Shown: piece after piece, positions 1 through 9,585 of the stretch
How positions within the stretch are numbered: the first letter of the stretch is position 1
Layout: every line of letters begins with the position of its first letter
Assembly: GCF_002237535.1 (NCBI RefSeq)
Contig: NZ_CP022530.1
Location: 4,117,516-4,181,515, forward strand
Length of the DNA: 64,000 nucleotides
Direction: 5' to 3'
Origin: Bacterioplanes sanyensis
GTDB taxonomy: Bacteria > Pseudomonadota > Gammaproteobacteria > Pseudomonadales > Oceanobacteraceae
Notes under the pieces: model-generated
What the model was told of the DNA's origin: nothing
Database searches by the model: none
The model's input: the letters and a program-made list of their open reading frames with translations, nothing else
Translations under genes and position numbers: made by a program

Positions 1-237
1 ACTGTGTCATTTGGGTTAGCGGCCACCTAGGAGAAAGCTTTAGAATTTTTTTGCCAGCAAGGTATCGGACTTTTTAGCAGGCCTCAGTTGGGCCACACTC
101 GGACACGATAGGACAATCGTAGCCAGTGAAGCACGCAAGATAGCAGCACGCTCAAGCCCTTGCACACACGGCGCGCAGCAGTACCAAAGACACCACCAAA
201 TATGGCTTCAGCGCGCGTTACAGCTGGTTAAACAAAG

Positions 238-1476
238 TTAGAGCTGGTTAAACAAAGAAAGACGAGTGATGGTGGTATAGCTCTGTTGCGCCGCTTCCAG
301 CAGGAAGCTTTGTTGCGACAGACGGCTGACGGCTTCGGCAAAATCAACGTCTGACAGTTTAGACAGCACTTCACGACTGACGATACGCACATCCGCCGAC
401 AGGTTTTTGGTGTTTTCCACCGTATTTAGCCGAGCACCAACCTCACTGCGAACAGAGGAAATTGATGTCTGCGCGTTGGACAAGTTGTTCAAGGTGTCTT
501 CGATCAATATGTCCAAGGTGGCCGAATCGGTGGGGTTATCGCCCAAGGTATTCAGCCCTTCGACCAAGCGATAGATGGTGTCGGTGATGCTCTGTTTCGG
601 TGACGACTCGATTAAGACCTGATCGCCGGACTCAGGGTCCCCCGACAGTTTAAAACTCACGCCTTGCACCACAATCTCCACGCCTTCGTTATAGGGCTCT
701 TGAATCTGCCCCTCGAGTACGCGGTTATCGGAAGCTCGGCGCACCGTGTAGTTTGGCCCCGGCGGAGAAATGGCATCTTCTGGATTAAAGGTCACGATGA
801 TGTCGTCAGGGTAGAAGTCACCGTAAATGGATTCATCCACGACAAAACCGGCGTTGATTTGCAGCGAGCCCTCATTCAGCACATTGCTGCGGGTGGTAAA
901 GGTATTTTTGGCCGCCGCCACATCAACGAATAAGCTTTTACCACTGTCGCCAGTGGCCACGGTGGTCGATGCGCCAATTGCAAGAAAACGCTGCCCTTCA
1001 TCGCCTTGATATTCGTATCGGCCAGTAGCATTTTGCTGAAACGGTGCAGTCCCCCCTTTGAAACCCGCAAAAATATGCTCGCCGTTGGGGTCGCGTGTGT
1101 TAAATAAATCCACCAAACTGTTTTGCAGTTGCGACACTTCTGCGGCTATGTACTGACGATCTTCCAAAGTCAGGGCGCCGCCACCGGCCTTCACGGTCAA
1201 CTCCTGTAGCCTGGTAAGCTGATCGGTGACAGACTGCAGCGTGGCATCTTCCAGTTTTAAACGGTTTTCAGCGGCGGTGATGTTACGATCGTATTGATCG
1301 CGCTGCGCTAAGTCCTGTTGCAGCTGCAAAATTTTAGTGGCCGAAATCGGATCGTCGGCAGGCGTTAGTACTTTTCTACCGGTAGAGACCTGCTGCTGGG
1401 TTTTATTCACCGCAGACTGATTATCCATAATCTGATTGAGGCCATTGTTAAACGTCTGAATGGTCGAAATTCTCAT
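238..1476 (-). CDS. flgL: Flagellar hook-associated protein 3 (HAP3), FlgL
   Basis: Flagellin-like N-terminus MRISTIQ...NGLNQ...TGRKV. Position after flgK. GGAG RBS 8 nt before the ATG at 1476. The ORF-track start at 1509 is probably too early. Confidence 0.85.
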   Translation of the reverse strand: MRISTIQTFNNGLNQIMDNQSAVNKTQQQVSTGRKVLTPADDPISATKILQLQQDLAQRDQYDRNITAAENRLKLEDATLQSVTDQLTRLQELTVKAGGGALTLEDRQYIAAEVSQLQNSLVDLFNTRDPNGEHIFAGFKGGTAPFQQNATGRYEYQGDEGQRFLAIGASTTVATGDSGKSLFVDVAAAKNTFTTRSNVLNEGSLQINAGFVVDESIYGDFYPDDIIVTFNPEDAISPPGPNYTVRRASDNRVLEGQIQEPYNEGVEIVVQGVSFKLSGDPESGDQVLIESSPKQSITDTIYRLVEGLNTLGDNPTDSATLDILIEDTLNNLSNAQTSISSVRSEVGARLNTVENTKNLSADVRIVSREVLSKLSDVDFAEAVSRLSQQSFLLEAAQQSYTTITRLSLFNQL

Positions 1477-1492
1477 CACCAAGGCTCCAATA

Positions 1493-4474
1493 TCAGCGGA
1501 AGGTTCCAATCAAGGTATCGAAAATTTGTCGCGCCACCTGAATCACCTGGGCCGAGGCGTTATAAGCCAGTTCATACTGAATCAGGGCCGCGGCTTCTTC
1601 ATCTAGGTTAACGCCGGATGTGCTCGATACCGCATTCTGTGAATTGCGCAATAATACTTCGCTGGAATCACGATTGATTTGCGCACGACTGGTCACCGAA
1701 CCAAGGGTCTCCACCAAGCGTGCGTAAGATTCTGAATAACTGGTATTTCCGGCCACGGTATCTTCGCTTTGCAACGCAGCCAATGAAATGCCGTTACGAC
1801 TGTCCGACGTTCCATCTTGATTAAAGTTAACGCTGAATTCATCGCCAGCGGCCGCTAAGCCACTGATTTCTACTTGATAGCCAAAATGTACGTCTTCACC
1901 AACAGGCTGCTCCGGGAATAAATTATTTCCAGGTGGGGCAATATCCAGGCTGTAGTTAGGGTCCACCACGACTTTGACCTGTCCGCCCATGGCAATTTTA
2001 TTCGATCCATTGGGGCCGGTGCCGTTAACCGGCAGCCGTGGTTGAAAACTGACTTCGCCACGCTCATTGATCGCAACATCGAGGTTACCAGAGAAACTGA
2101 AACCCGCTCGCTCTAGCTCCGTTCGAAAACCGGCCAGCAGGTCATTTCCAGAAGTATAATTGCCCGTCATTTCAATATTGAAAACACCCTGTCCAGGCAC
2201 ATCAAATTCGTAGGTGTACGGCCCACCATTAGTGAAATCAAACCCAGAAAACTCATTCAGCTCGGTGGCCGGTGCCGCACCGGTTTCACGCAGCTGAATA
2301 TCCTGCCCATTGCTGATTGAAAAACCATCACCAGGGTCACCTGTCACATCAAAACTGAGGTCGTCGCCATTTAAAGCGATCACCGTCAGAGTTACACCAT
2401 CACTGCGAGCAACAATACCCAGGTCTTGCATATCGCGACTGGCGTTAATTCTGTCGGCCAAGAAGTCCGGAGTTATTGGATCCGGTACTTGCTCGGGATA
2501 ACCTGGGTCGTATTTATTTTGATTGGGCCCGAGAGAATCCGTCAGCTCGATGCCGTTGAGGCTAACGCCTAAATTCAAGAAAGGATTAGGGTCTGAGGTA
2601 AAGTCGGTCAACTCCACCGTTGTGCGAGCCACGGCTTCGACGCCTTCACGCTGCGACAGCGATGCTGCAATCTCTCGCGCCGAAGCCTGGTAGGGCGTGG
2701 TTAAAATCGGTTGGCTAAAACTTTGACCGGATTCAGGATTGGTAAAGCTGATGCCAATACGCTCTGGGAAAAAACCGTTACCAGCATTAACCGTCGCGGC
2801 CGGTGGCGGCGCCTGATAGGTGGGCGCTGCGGGCAAATAACCACCGAAGCTAGTAAACGCAGTCTTACCTTCATCAATGGGTAAAATACTGTTGCTAATG
2901 CCCGGCGTATACACTTGATTCATCAATGGTGGAAACAGCGGGATTGGATTGCCAGGGTCGCTGTTGTCTAACACATCGTAGCGGTTAGGCGAAGTAAAAC
3001 GAATCAGAATGGGTGGGTTAAGCTCGCCTTCTTGCGACAAATACGGTGTATCAACATCGTAGACCTCACCTTGGGTAATAATGCCGCTGCCATTATTGCC
3101 GATGGCCGCATCGGTACTGATGGGCGATGCCAGTGCCACTTGCTCAGCTCGGGTGATGTTGACCTCCACGTTGGCCGACTCATTGCGCGTTGGCTGAATC
3201 AGAAAGTCATCCCCTTGCTGAAAGCTGCCGCCTTCAAAGCGAATTTCAAAACCATCGATTTCGATCGAATCCGGAAATTCTCCCGACAATGCAGAGGTTT
3301 CTAATACCTCTCCATCAGATTCACGAATCACTCGATACGTAAAATCATCGGGGCCTGGAAACTCCAAACGATAATCGCTGGTGGACAGCGCTCCGGCGTC
3401 GGTGATGTGAATTGAAATCAGCCGATCATCTGGATCGGCATTGTTGCGATCCCCCAGAATGCGCTGATAGGTTTTGGCCGGGGCATTAATATCTTCGAAA
3501 AAGCGCTCGCCTTTTAGGCCGTTATAGTCGATGCCTTTTTGATGCTGCTCGTTAAAGGTTTGACTGATGACCAATGCAATACGCCCGAGCCCGTTAATGG
3601 TTGGGTCCAGCACTTGCTCACGAAAGTCGAGTATACCGCCCAACTGGCCACCCTGAAGCTGATCGGTAATATTCTGAATGGTATCGCCTTTGCGAAAATA
3701 CAGATCACTGCGGCCAGGGTCTTGCGCACCCTGGTCGGTGTATAACTCGTTAAAGTCATTGCCGATCACCAACGCCTGACCATTGCCGATAAACACATTG
3801 ATGACTGAGTCATCCTGCTCAGAGACGTTCACTTCCACCAGCTCAGACAGCTCTTTGAGCAATTGATCGCGTTGGTCTAATAGATCGCTGGGTTCAGTCC
3901 CCTGCGCCGAGGCTGTGGCGAACTGTATCTGCTCATTCAACTCAGCAATGGACTCAGCGATGGTGCTCACTTGCCCGGCGATCACTTCCATTTGGCCGTT
4001 AATAACTTCGTTTTGCTCCACCAAACGGTCATTGATGGATGAGAAACGGTCTGCCAATCCGTTCGCTTCACTGATCAGAACTTCACGTGCTGGCAACGAA
4101 GACGGATCATCCACGGTGGATTGTAACGCGCCAAACATGCGCTCTAAGCCAGGTTGAATACCGGTGCCAGGGTCGGCCAACAAGCTATCGATTTGCTCAG
4201 CGTTGGTTGCCAGAGTGTCAAATTCATTAAAGGTGGAGGTGTCTCTCCTGAGCTGTTCAGTTAAAAACTGATCGTACACTCGGCGCACCGAGTTCACATT
4301 AACGCCAGAGCCAATCCAGTTGCCCGCTTTAAACTGCGGATTATTTTCATTAAAACTGACCTGCTGGCGGCTGTAGCCTTCGGTGCCGGCATTGGTAATG
4401 TTATGGCCGGTGACAGACAGTGCCGCTTGCTGCGCTTTTAAGCCAGAAATACCGATATTCAGCAATTCAGCCAT
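1493..4474 (-). CDS. flgK: Flagellar hook-associated protein 1 (HAP1), FlgK; expanded 993-aa form
   Basis: N-terminus MAELLNIGISGLKAQQAALSVTGHNITNA and C-terminus YELAYNASAQVIQVARQIFDTLIGTFR are the canonical FlgK terminal helices. There is a large central insertion. The start overlaps the flgJ 3' end by 8 bp. Confidence 0.85.
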   Translation of the reverse strand: MAELLNIGISGLKAQQAALSVTGHNITNAGTEGYSRQQVSFNENNPQFKAGNWIGSGVNVNSVRRVYDQFLTEQLRRDTSTFNEFDTLATNAEQIDSLLADPGTGIQPGLERMFGALQSTVDDPSSLPAREVLISEANGLADRFSSINDRLVEQNEVINGQMEVIAGQVSTIAESIAELNEQIQFATASAQGTEPSDLLDQRDQLLKELSELVEVNVSEQDDSVINVFIGNGQALVIGNDFNELYTDQGAQDPGRSDLYFRKGDTIQNITDQLQGGQLGGILDFREQVLDPTINGLGRIALVISQTFNEQHQKGIDYNGLKGERFFEDINAPAKTYQRILGDRNNADPDDRLISIHITDAGALSTSDYRLEFPGPDDFTYRVIRESDGEVLETSALSGEFPDSIEIDGFEIRFEGGSFQQGDDFLIQPTRNESANVEVNITRAEQVALASPISTDAAIGNNGSGIITQGEVYDVDTPYLSQEGELNPPILIRFTSPNRYDVLDNSDPGNPIPLFPPLMNQVYTPGISNSILPIDEGKTAFTSFGGYLPAAPTYQAPPPAATVNAGNGFFPERIGISFTNPESGQSFSQPILTTPYQASAREIAASLSQREGVEAVARTTVELTDFTSDPNPFLNLGVSLNGIELTDSLGPNQNKYDPGYPEQVPDPITPDFLADRINASRDMQDLGIVARSDGVTLTVIALNGDDLSFDVTGDPGDGFSISNGQDIQLRETGAAPATELNEFSGFDFTNGGPYTYEFDVPGQGVFNIEMTGNYTSGNDLLAGFRTELERAGFSFSGNLDVAINERGEVSFQPRLPVNGTGPNGSNKIAMGGQVKVVVDPNYSLDIAPPGNNLFPEQPVGEDVHFGYQVEISGLAAAGDEFSVNFNQDGTSDSRNGISLAALQSEDTVAGNTSYSESYARLVETLGSVTSRAQINRDSSEVLLRNSQNAVSSTSGVNLDEEAAALIQYELAYNASAQVIQVARQIFDTLIGTFR

Positions 4475-5438
4475 CGTTTACCTCCAGCGCCTGCACGGCT
4501 TGCTGCAACAAATCACCCGAAGAAATGCGCTCGATTTTCTGGCCATAGGCAGGATCGGTGGCATAGCCAGCACGCTGCAACGCATGACCATATTGCGAGC
4601 CATCCAAACCTTGATGAATGGCGTCCTGATAGCGCGTATGGTTTTGAAGAAACAGAGCGTAGTCTTGCAAACCCGCTTGCATGGAGTCGTACGAGCGGAA
4701 GCGGGCTTTTTCTTTCACCGCCACGCCGTCACGGTATTCGTGTGTGGTCACTTCCACGGAATCACCAGACCAGCGCGAATCGGCTTTAATGCCAAAAAAG
4801 TTGTAGCTATTGCGGCCGTCGTCGGAGCGAATCATGTGTTTGCCCCAGCCAGTTTCCAGCGCCGCTTGCGCCACAATGGCTTTGGCATCCACCCCCAGTT
4901 GCTCAGCCACTTCTCGAGCTTGTGGGTAAAGTGCGGCAACAAAGGCTTGCGGAGTGGCAAACTGTTGCCCCTTAGAGCCCTCGACGACCGCCGCCTCACT
5001 CGGCTCTTGTGCCAGCACGGCTTCAACCTGGTCAACGGCTTGCTGCCAGCGAATGGCAGATTGAGCCAAGCGACGATCCGCCAATTTGCTGTGATCTAGT
5101 TCAACCGCCGTTTGCTCATTGCCATAGTTATCCAACAACTGGCGATGAATAACATCAGCCAGCCCTAGGCCACGCCCAGTGGATAGACTCAGGCCCAGCT
5201 GCTGATCGTACATATTCTGGTAAAAATCTGATTGCGGCGAGCTCAGCAGTGAATCTTCACTAAAAGCACTGTTGGCTTGGCGCATGGACGACAGCATCAT
5301 ATTGACGAACATGGATTCAAACTGCTTCGCCACTTCCATCAACGCGGCACTCTTATCCTGCTTACCGAGTGTGCGGATGCCCTGCAACGCATTTAAGTCT
5401 GTGTAAACCTGTCCTGCCGATGAGCTGGCCTGAATCAT
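4467..5438 (-). CDS. flgJ: Flagellar rod assembly protein / peptidoglycan hydrolase FlgJ
   Basis: N-terminal rod-binding motif AKQFESMFVNMMLSSMRQ plus a C-terminal glucosaminidase-like domain. GAGGTG RBS before the ATG at 5438. The track start is a GTG at 5447. Confidence 0.8.
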   Translation of the reverse strand: MIQASSSAGQVYTDLNALQGIRTLGKQDKSAALMEVAKQFESMFVNMMLSSMRQANSAFSEDSLLSSPQSDFYQNMYDQQLGLSLSTGRGLGLADVIHRQLLDNYGNEQTAVELDHSKLADRRLAQSAIRWQQAVDQVEAVLAQEPSEAAVVEGSKGQQFATPQAFVAALYPQAREVAEQLGVDAKAIVAQAALETGWGKHMIRSDDGRNSYNFFGIKADSRWSGDSVEVTTHEYRDGVAVKEKARFRSYDSMQAGLQDYALFLQNHTRYQDAIHQGLDGSQYGHALQRAGYATDPAYGQKIERISSGDLLQQAVQALEVNDG

Positions 5439-5674
5439 AATAATCACCTCTGATACGAAAGAAGCAATTAATTTGCCAACTTGTTTTAACTGACTCGTTT
5501 ACCATTGAGGAAGAAAACAGCGAAGCTTTATGACTGGAGCTAGCCGTCGGAAAACCTGCACCGCAGCGCACTGCTGGCGCCGGCCTACAGATTGATAATA
5601 GCCGTGGTTGATCAGTTGGAATGGCCCAGATCGGCAGCAGCATAGAGCGCTTTATGGATACAAAGGAAAGAAGC

Positions 5675-5980
5675 TTATTGATTGCGTGAAATGGTTTGAT
5701 ACGCCGACAGTTTTTTCTTACCGCGCTCATGACCAGACAGCGATTTTTGCTGCTGTTCTAACTCGTCTAACAAGTGTTGTTCTTGCTGCAACAGTTGCTC
5801 TAAAAACTGCTGCTGTTCGTTGGTCAGCCCAATCAACTCATTCACTTGCGCAAACCATTCACGTAGAAGCTCGTTGCGCTGATCAATACGCTCGGAAACA
5901 CCTTCTTTAACGCCTTGTCGAATCAGAGATTGGACCTCCAAGGACAGCAATTTTACCTGCTCAAACAGATCCTGTGTCAT
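5675..5980 (-). CDS. Hypothetical 101-aa Gln/Glu-rich coiled-coil protein inserted between flgI and flgJ
   Basis: ORF with a 4-bp ATGA overlap with the flgI stop, suggesting translational coupling. The sequence is [41 protein letters not shown]. No homolog recognised by eye. Confidence 0.45.
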   Translation of the reverse strand: MTQDLFEQVKLLSLEVQSLIRQGVKEGVSERIDQRNELLREWFAQVNELIGLTNEQQQFLEQLLQQEQHLLDELEQQQKSLSGHERGKKKLSAYQTISRNQ

Positions 5981-7074
5981 ATTACAATTAACTCCGCTTT
6001 TAATGCCCCGGCCTGCTTCATCGCTTCCAGAATGGCCATTAAGTCACCGGGGGCTGCACCGACTTCATTCACTGCCTTGACGATGCTGTCCAGCGAAATA
6101 CCGGGGCCAAACTTAAACATGCGACTGTCACCGCCGTCATCAATTTGAATATTGGTTTGTGGCACCACCACGGTTTCACCATCCGCCAGCGGGTTGGGTT
6201 GCGCCACCTCAAAGTCTTCCGTAATGGTGACGGTTAAGTTCCCGTGCGTGACCGCTACAGGCTCAATCATCACATTTTGCCCCATAACAATGGTACCGGT
6301 GCGTGAATTAATAATGACCTTGGCACGCTCTTTACCGGTTTCGATTTCCAGGTTTTCAATGACCGACAAATACGCCACACGCTGGCTGGTGTCTCGCGGC
6401 GCACTCACCCGAATAGAGGTTGCATCCAAAGCCTCGGCAGTGCCGGGCCCGAGCAAATCATTGATGCGCTCAACCATAGAGCGGGCTGTGGTGAAGTCTG
6501 GTCGGTCTAGGTTAAATATCAAGCTGTCGCCACGCGAAAAGTTACTCGGCGCGGTCCGCTCCACCGAAGCGCCATTGGGAATCCGTCCCACACTCGGAAC
6601 ATTCACCGTAATACGAGAGCCATCGTTGCCTTCTGCGCCAAAGCCGCCAACCACCAGATTGCCTTGCGCCACGGCATACACTTGATTATCCGCTCCTTTT
6701 AAAGCGGTAAATAACAACGCCCCACCGCGCAAACTTTTAGCATTGCCGAGCGACGACACCGTGACATCAATGCGCTGCCCTGGTTTGGCAAACGGCGGCA
6801 ACTCTGCCATGACCGACACCGCAGCCACATTCTTGAGTTTCGGATCCACACCCGCAGGCAGTGTGATGCCAAACTGATTCATCATGTTGGTAAATGTTTG
6901 CGTAGTAAACGGCGCTTTATCACCCGTGCCATCCAAACCCACCACCAAACCATAACCGATCAGTTGGTTGCTGCGCACACCAGCGATGGAAGTAATGTCC
7001 TTGATGCGTTCAGCCTGTGCTAACCCAGTGACCAGACACAACACACAAACAGCGATTGCACGAAACATCATCAT
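5977..7074 (-). CDS. flgI: Flagellar P-ring protein FlgI
   Basis: Signal peptide followed by [31 protein letters not shown], the typical FlgI sequence. Confidence 0.9.
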   Translation of the reverse strand: MMMFRAIAVCVLCLVTGLAQAERIKDITSIAGVRSNQLIGYGLVVGLDGTGDKAPFTTQTFTNMMNQFGITLPAGVDPKLKNVAAVSVMAELPPFAKPGQRIDVTVSSLGNAKSLRGGALLFTALKGADNQVYAVAQGNLVVGGFGAEGNDGSRITVNVPSVGRIPNGASVERTAPSNFSRGDSLIFNLDRPDFTTARSMVERINDLLGPGTAEALDATSIRVSAPRDTSQRVAYLSVIENLEIETGKERAKVIINSRTGTIVMGQNVMIEPVAVTHGNLTVTITEDFEVAQPNPLADGETVVVPQTNIQIDDGGDSRMFKFGPGISLDSIVKAVNEVGAAPGDLMAILEAMKQAGALKAELIVI

Positions 7075-7079
7075 CTACC

Positions 7080-7769
7080 TCAGAACGGCCACCAGGGCGA
7101 CATAAAGATGCGATCACCCCAGCCCATTTCGGTTGAGTTGTTCAAATTACCGCGACCGCCAAAGGAGATGCGGGCATCGGCCACCTTGGAGGATGGCACG
7201 GTATTGTCTGGTGTAATGTCCGCCGGACGAATCAACCCTTTGATGCGAATGTATTCATCACCATCGCTCAAGGTCAGCCACTTTTCACCACGGATACGCA
7301 AAATACCGTTTGGCAAAATCTCCGACACTGACACACTAATGCGCCCGGTCAGGCTGTTGGAGCGATCCGCCTCGCCCTTGCCAGAAAACTGACGGTCGGT
7401 CTCAGTATCCGTATTTAAACCGATGTTTTTCCAGCCGGGAACCATACCGGCCACGGCGTTAGCTGTCAGTGTGTTGTTTGATGACTTATCGGCCGTTGTT
7501 TCCGCTGATTTTTGCGAGCGATAGCTTTCATCAAAGATAACAGTAATCAAGTCGCCTACCTTGCGCGCTTGTTGGTCTGTATACAAACCAAAGTTAAAGC
7601 GCTCTTGATACAGCGAACCGCTAGACACCGGTGGCGCCTGCAAGCTCTGGGCAGACACCGGCGCAAAATCCGGGTCATCGGGAAAGACATCCTGTTCTAA
7701 AGGCACACTGGTACATCCCACCTGTATCAGCAGCAGCGTCAGTAATGTTACTTTCCAGCCCTGTTTCAT
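7080..7769 (-). CDS. flgH: Flagellar L-ring lipoprotein FlgH
   Basis: MKQGWKVTLLTLLLIQVGC lipobox. AGGAGG RBS before the ATG at 7769. The flgG stop sits at 7793. Confidence 0.85.
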   Translation of the reverse strand: MKQGWKVTLLTLLLIQVGCTSVPLEQDVFPDDPDFAPVSAQSLQAPPVSSGSLYQERFNFGLYTDQQARKVGDLITVIFDESYRSQKSAETTADKSSNNTLTANAVAGMVPGWKNIGLNTDTETDRQFSGKGEADRSNSLTGRISVSVSEILPNGILRIRGEKWLTLSDGDEYIRIKGLIRPADITPDNTVPSSKVADARISFGGRGNLNNSTEMGWGDRIFMSPWWPF

Positions 7770-7792
7770 CTCAGGCCTCCTGCTATTAAGCA

Positions 7793-8578
7793 TTAAGTAT
7801 TCTGCGTCAGGAACTGCAGCATCTGATCGGCGGCAGATACGACTTTCGAATTCATTTCATAAGAGCGCTGTACGGTGATCATTTTCACCAGCTCCTCCAC
7901 CACTTCAACGTTGGAGTTTTCCAGTGCGCCTTGTTCAATGGTGCCAAAACCGTCTTCATTCGGCACACCGGCTTGCGGCGCACCACTGGCGGCGGTCTCT
8001 AAGAAAATATTGCCACCACGCGCTTGCAAACCTGCTGGGTTAATAAAATCCACCACTTCTATTTGTCCCAGCTGCTGCGGGTTTGGATCACCAAATAACG
8101 TGGCCTGCACAATGCCATCTTTACTGATGGTTAATTGGTTGGTTTGATCGGGCACGGTAATTTGTGGCTCCAGCGGATAGCCATTGACGTTGACCACAAT
8201 ACCTTCGTTATTGATATGAAAGGTGCCATCACGGGTGTAACCGATGGTGCCATCTGGATTTAGAATTTGAAAAAATCCACGCCCATTGATGGCCATATCT
8301 AAAGGCTGATCCGTCAGCTCCAGCGAGCCTGTGGTAAATACTTTTTGCGTCCCCGCTGTGCGCACACCGGTGCCTAGCTGTAAACCAGATGGCAGGCGAG
8401 AGTCGGCCGAGGTGTTGGCCCCAGGCTGGCGTTGAATTTGATACAGTAAATCTTCAAACACCGGGCGATCTTTTTTAAAGCCGGTGGTGGATACATTGGC
8501 CAGGTTATTTGAAACCGTGGTTAACGCCAGATCTTGCGCTTCCAGACCGGTTTTACTGACCCAAAGTGCTGGCATCAT
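7793..8578 (-). CDS. flgG: Flagellar distal rod protein FlgG
   Basis: Start MMPALWVSKTGLEAQDLALTTVSNNLANVSTTGFK. Conserved C-terminus QRSYEMNSKVVSAADQML. Confidence 0.9.
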   Translation of the reverse strand: MMPALWVSKTGLEAQDLALTTVSNNLANVSTTGFKKDRPVFEDLLYQIQRQPGANTSADSRLPSGLQLGTGVRTAGTQKVFTTGSLELTDQPLDMAINGRGFFQILNPDGTIGYTRDGTFHINNEGIVVNVNGYPLEPQITVPDQTNQLTISKDGIVQATLFGDPNPQQLGQIEVVDFINPAGLQARGGNIFLETAASGAPQAGVPNEDGFGTIEQGALENSNVEVVEELVKMITVQRSYEMNSKVVSAADQMLQFLTQNT

Positions 8579-8590
8579 AAGTCGTTACTC

Positions 8591-9337
8591 CTACTGGCTG
8601 CCCAGAATCTGGGTGGTCGCAGCCGAGTTTTCATCCGCTGCTTTCATTAATTTAACTTGCATTTCGTATTGGCGATTCAGTTGAATCATGCTGGTGAGCT
8701 CGGTCACGGCATTCACATTGCTGCCTTCAACAAACCCATTTACCAGAGAAATGTTCGGATCAGGCTGCGCCACCGGCGCTTGCGGATCACGGAAGCGGAA
8801 CAAGCCGTCCTCGCCTTTTTCCAACTCACGCACATCTGGACGCACTAGCTTCAATTGAACGGGCTCGGCAACCCCCGCAGGCACATCGCCAAAGGGTTGA
8901 ATGGACACAATGCCCGCGCGGCTGACTTCAATTTGCTCAAACTCAGGTAACACCACCGGGCCAGCATCACCCATCAACTGCAGCCCTTTGCCATTTATTA
9001 GTCGCCCGGCTGGGTCGACGCTCAGATCACCGGCGCGGGTGTAGGCTTCTTCGCCGTCGGGTCCGACCACGGCAAACCAACCGTCGCCTTCAATCGCAAC
9101 GTCCATGCGGCGGCCGGTCTCCTGCAGTGGGCCTTGGCGAAAATCGCTGGCTGGGCGTTCGGTCATGGCGTAAGCACGGCTAGGGAAATGCTCACCAAAC
9201 ACACCCATAGCGCGACTCTGGGTGTAGTCCGAGCGAAAACCCGTGGTACTGGCATTGGCCAAGTTATTGGCGTGCGCAGCCTGACCCAAGGTGTTTTGCT
9301 TGGCGCCAGACATGGCAATGTAGAGTGCTTTGTCCAT
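8591..9337 (-). CDS. flgF: Flagellar proximal rod protein FlgF
   Basis: Start MDKALYIAMSGAKQ...ANNLANASTTGF. Rod C-terminal motif. GAGGA RBS. Confidence 0.85.
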   Translation of the reverse strand: MDKALYIAMSGAKQNTLGQAAHANNLANASTTGFRSDYTQSRAMGVFGEHFPSRAYAMTERPASDFRQGPLQETGRRMDVAIEGDGWFAVVGPDGEEAYTRAGDLSVDPAGRLINGKGLQLMGDAGPVVLPEFEQIEVSRAGIVSIQPFGDVPAGVAEPVQLKLVRPDVRELEKGEDGLFRFRDPQAPVAQPDPNISLVNGFVEGSNVNAVTELTSMIQLNRQYEMQVKLMKAADENSAATTQILGSQ

Positions 9338-9585
9338 GGGTATCCTCGTGGCTTGCGAAGGCCGTTACAACAGTTAGAGGATACAAAGCACAGCCCATGC
9401 CAAGTAACTTAGCAGTTTAAAATCAACAACTTAGAAAGGAGATAGGCATTTTTTTGACGAATATCGACAGCTGGCGGCAGCACCACTCCCTTGCACAGGA
9501 GAAGGCTTGCCGCCAGCGTCAAGGTGAGTGCCGTTTCCGGCGCTCACCTCTGTTTAGATACTGAGTGGCTTAGATATTTAGGGGG

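Noticed and set aside
150-237. Possible terminator GCGCGC...GCGCGCG downstream of flgL
   Set aside because: The arms are separated by about 35 nt and there is no U-tract on the minus strand, so it is not convincing.
4383-5099. 238-aa plus-strand ORF
   Set aside because: It is fully antisense to flgJ, whose translation carries clear rod-binding and glucosaminidase motifs.
5459-5479. Sigma-54-like TGGCAA-N5-TTGC element on the minus strand upstream of flgJ
   Set aside because: The spacing is correct, but the -12 element lies only about 15-25 nt from the flgJ start codon. That leaves no room for a 5' UTR containing the GAGGTG RBS. It is kept only as a remark within the flgI/flgJ finding.
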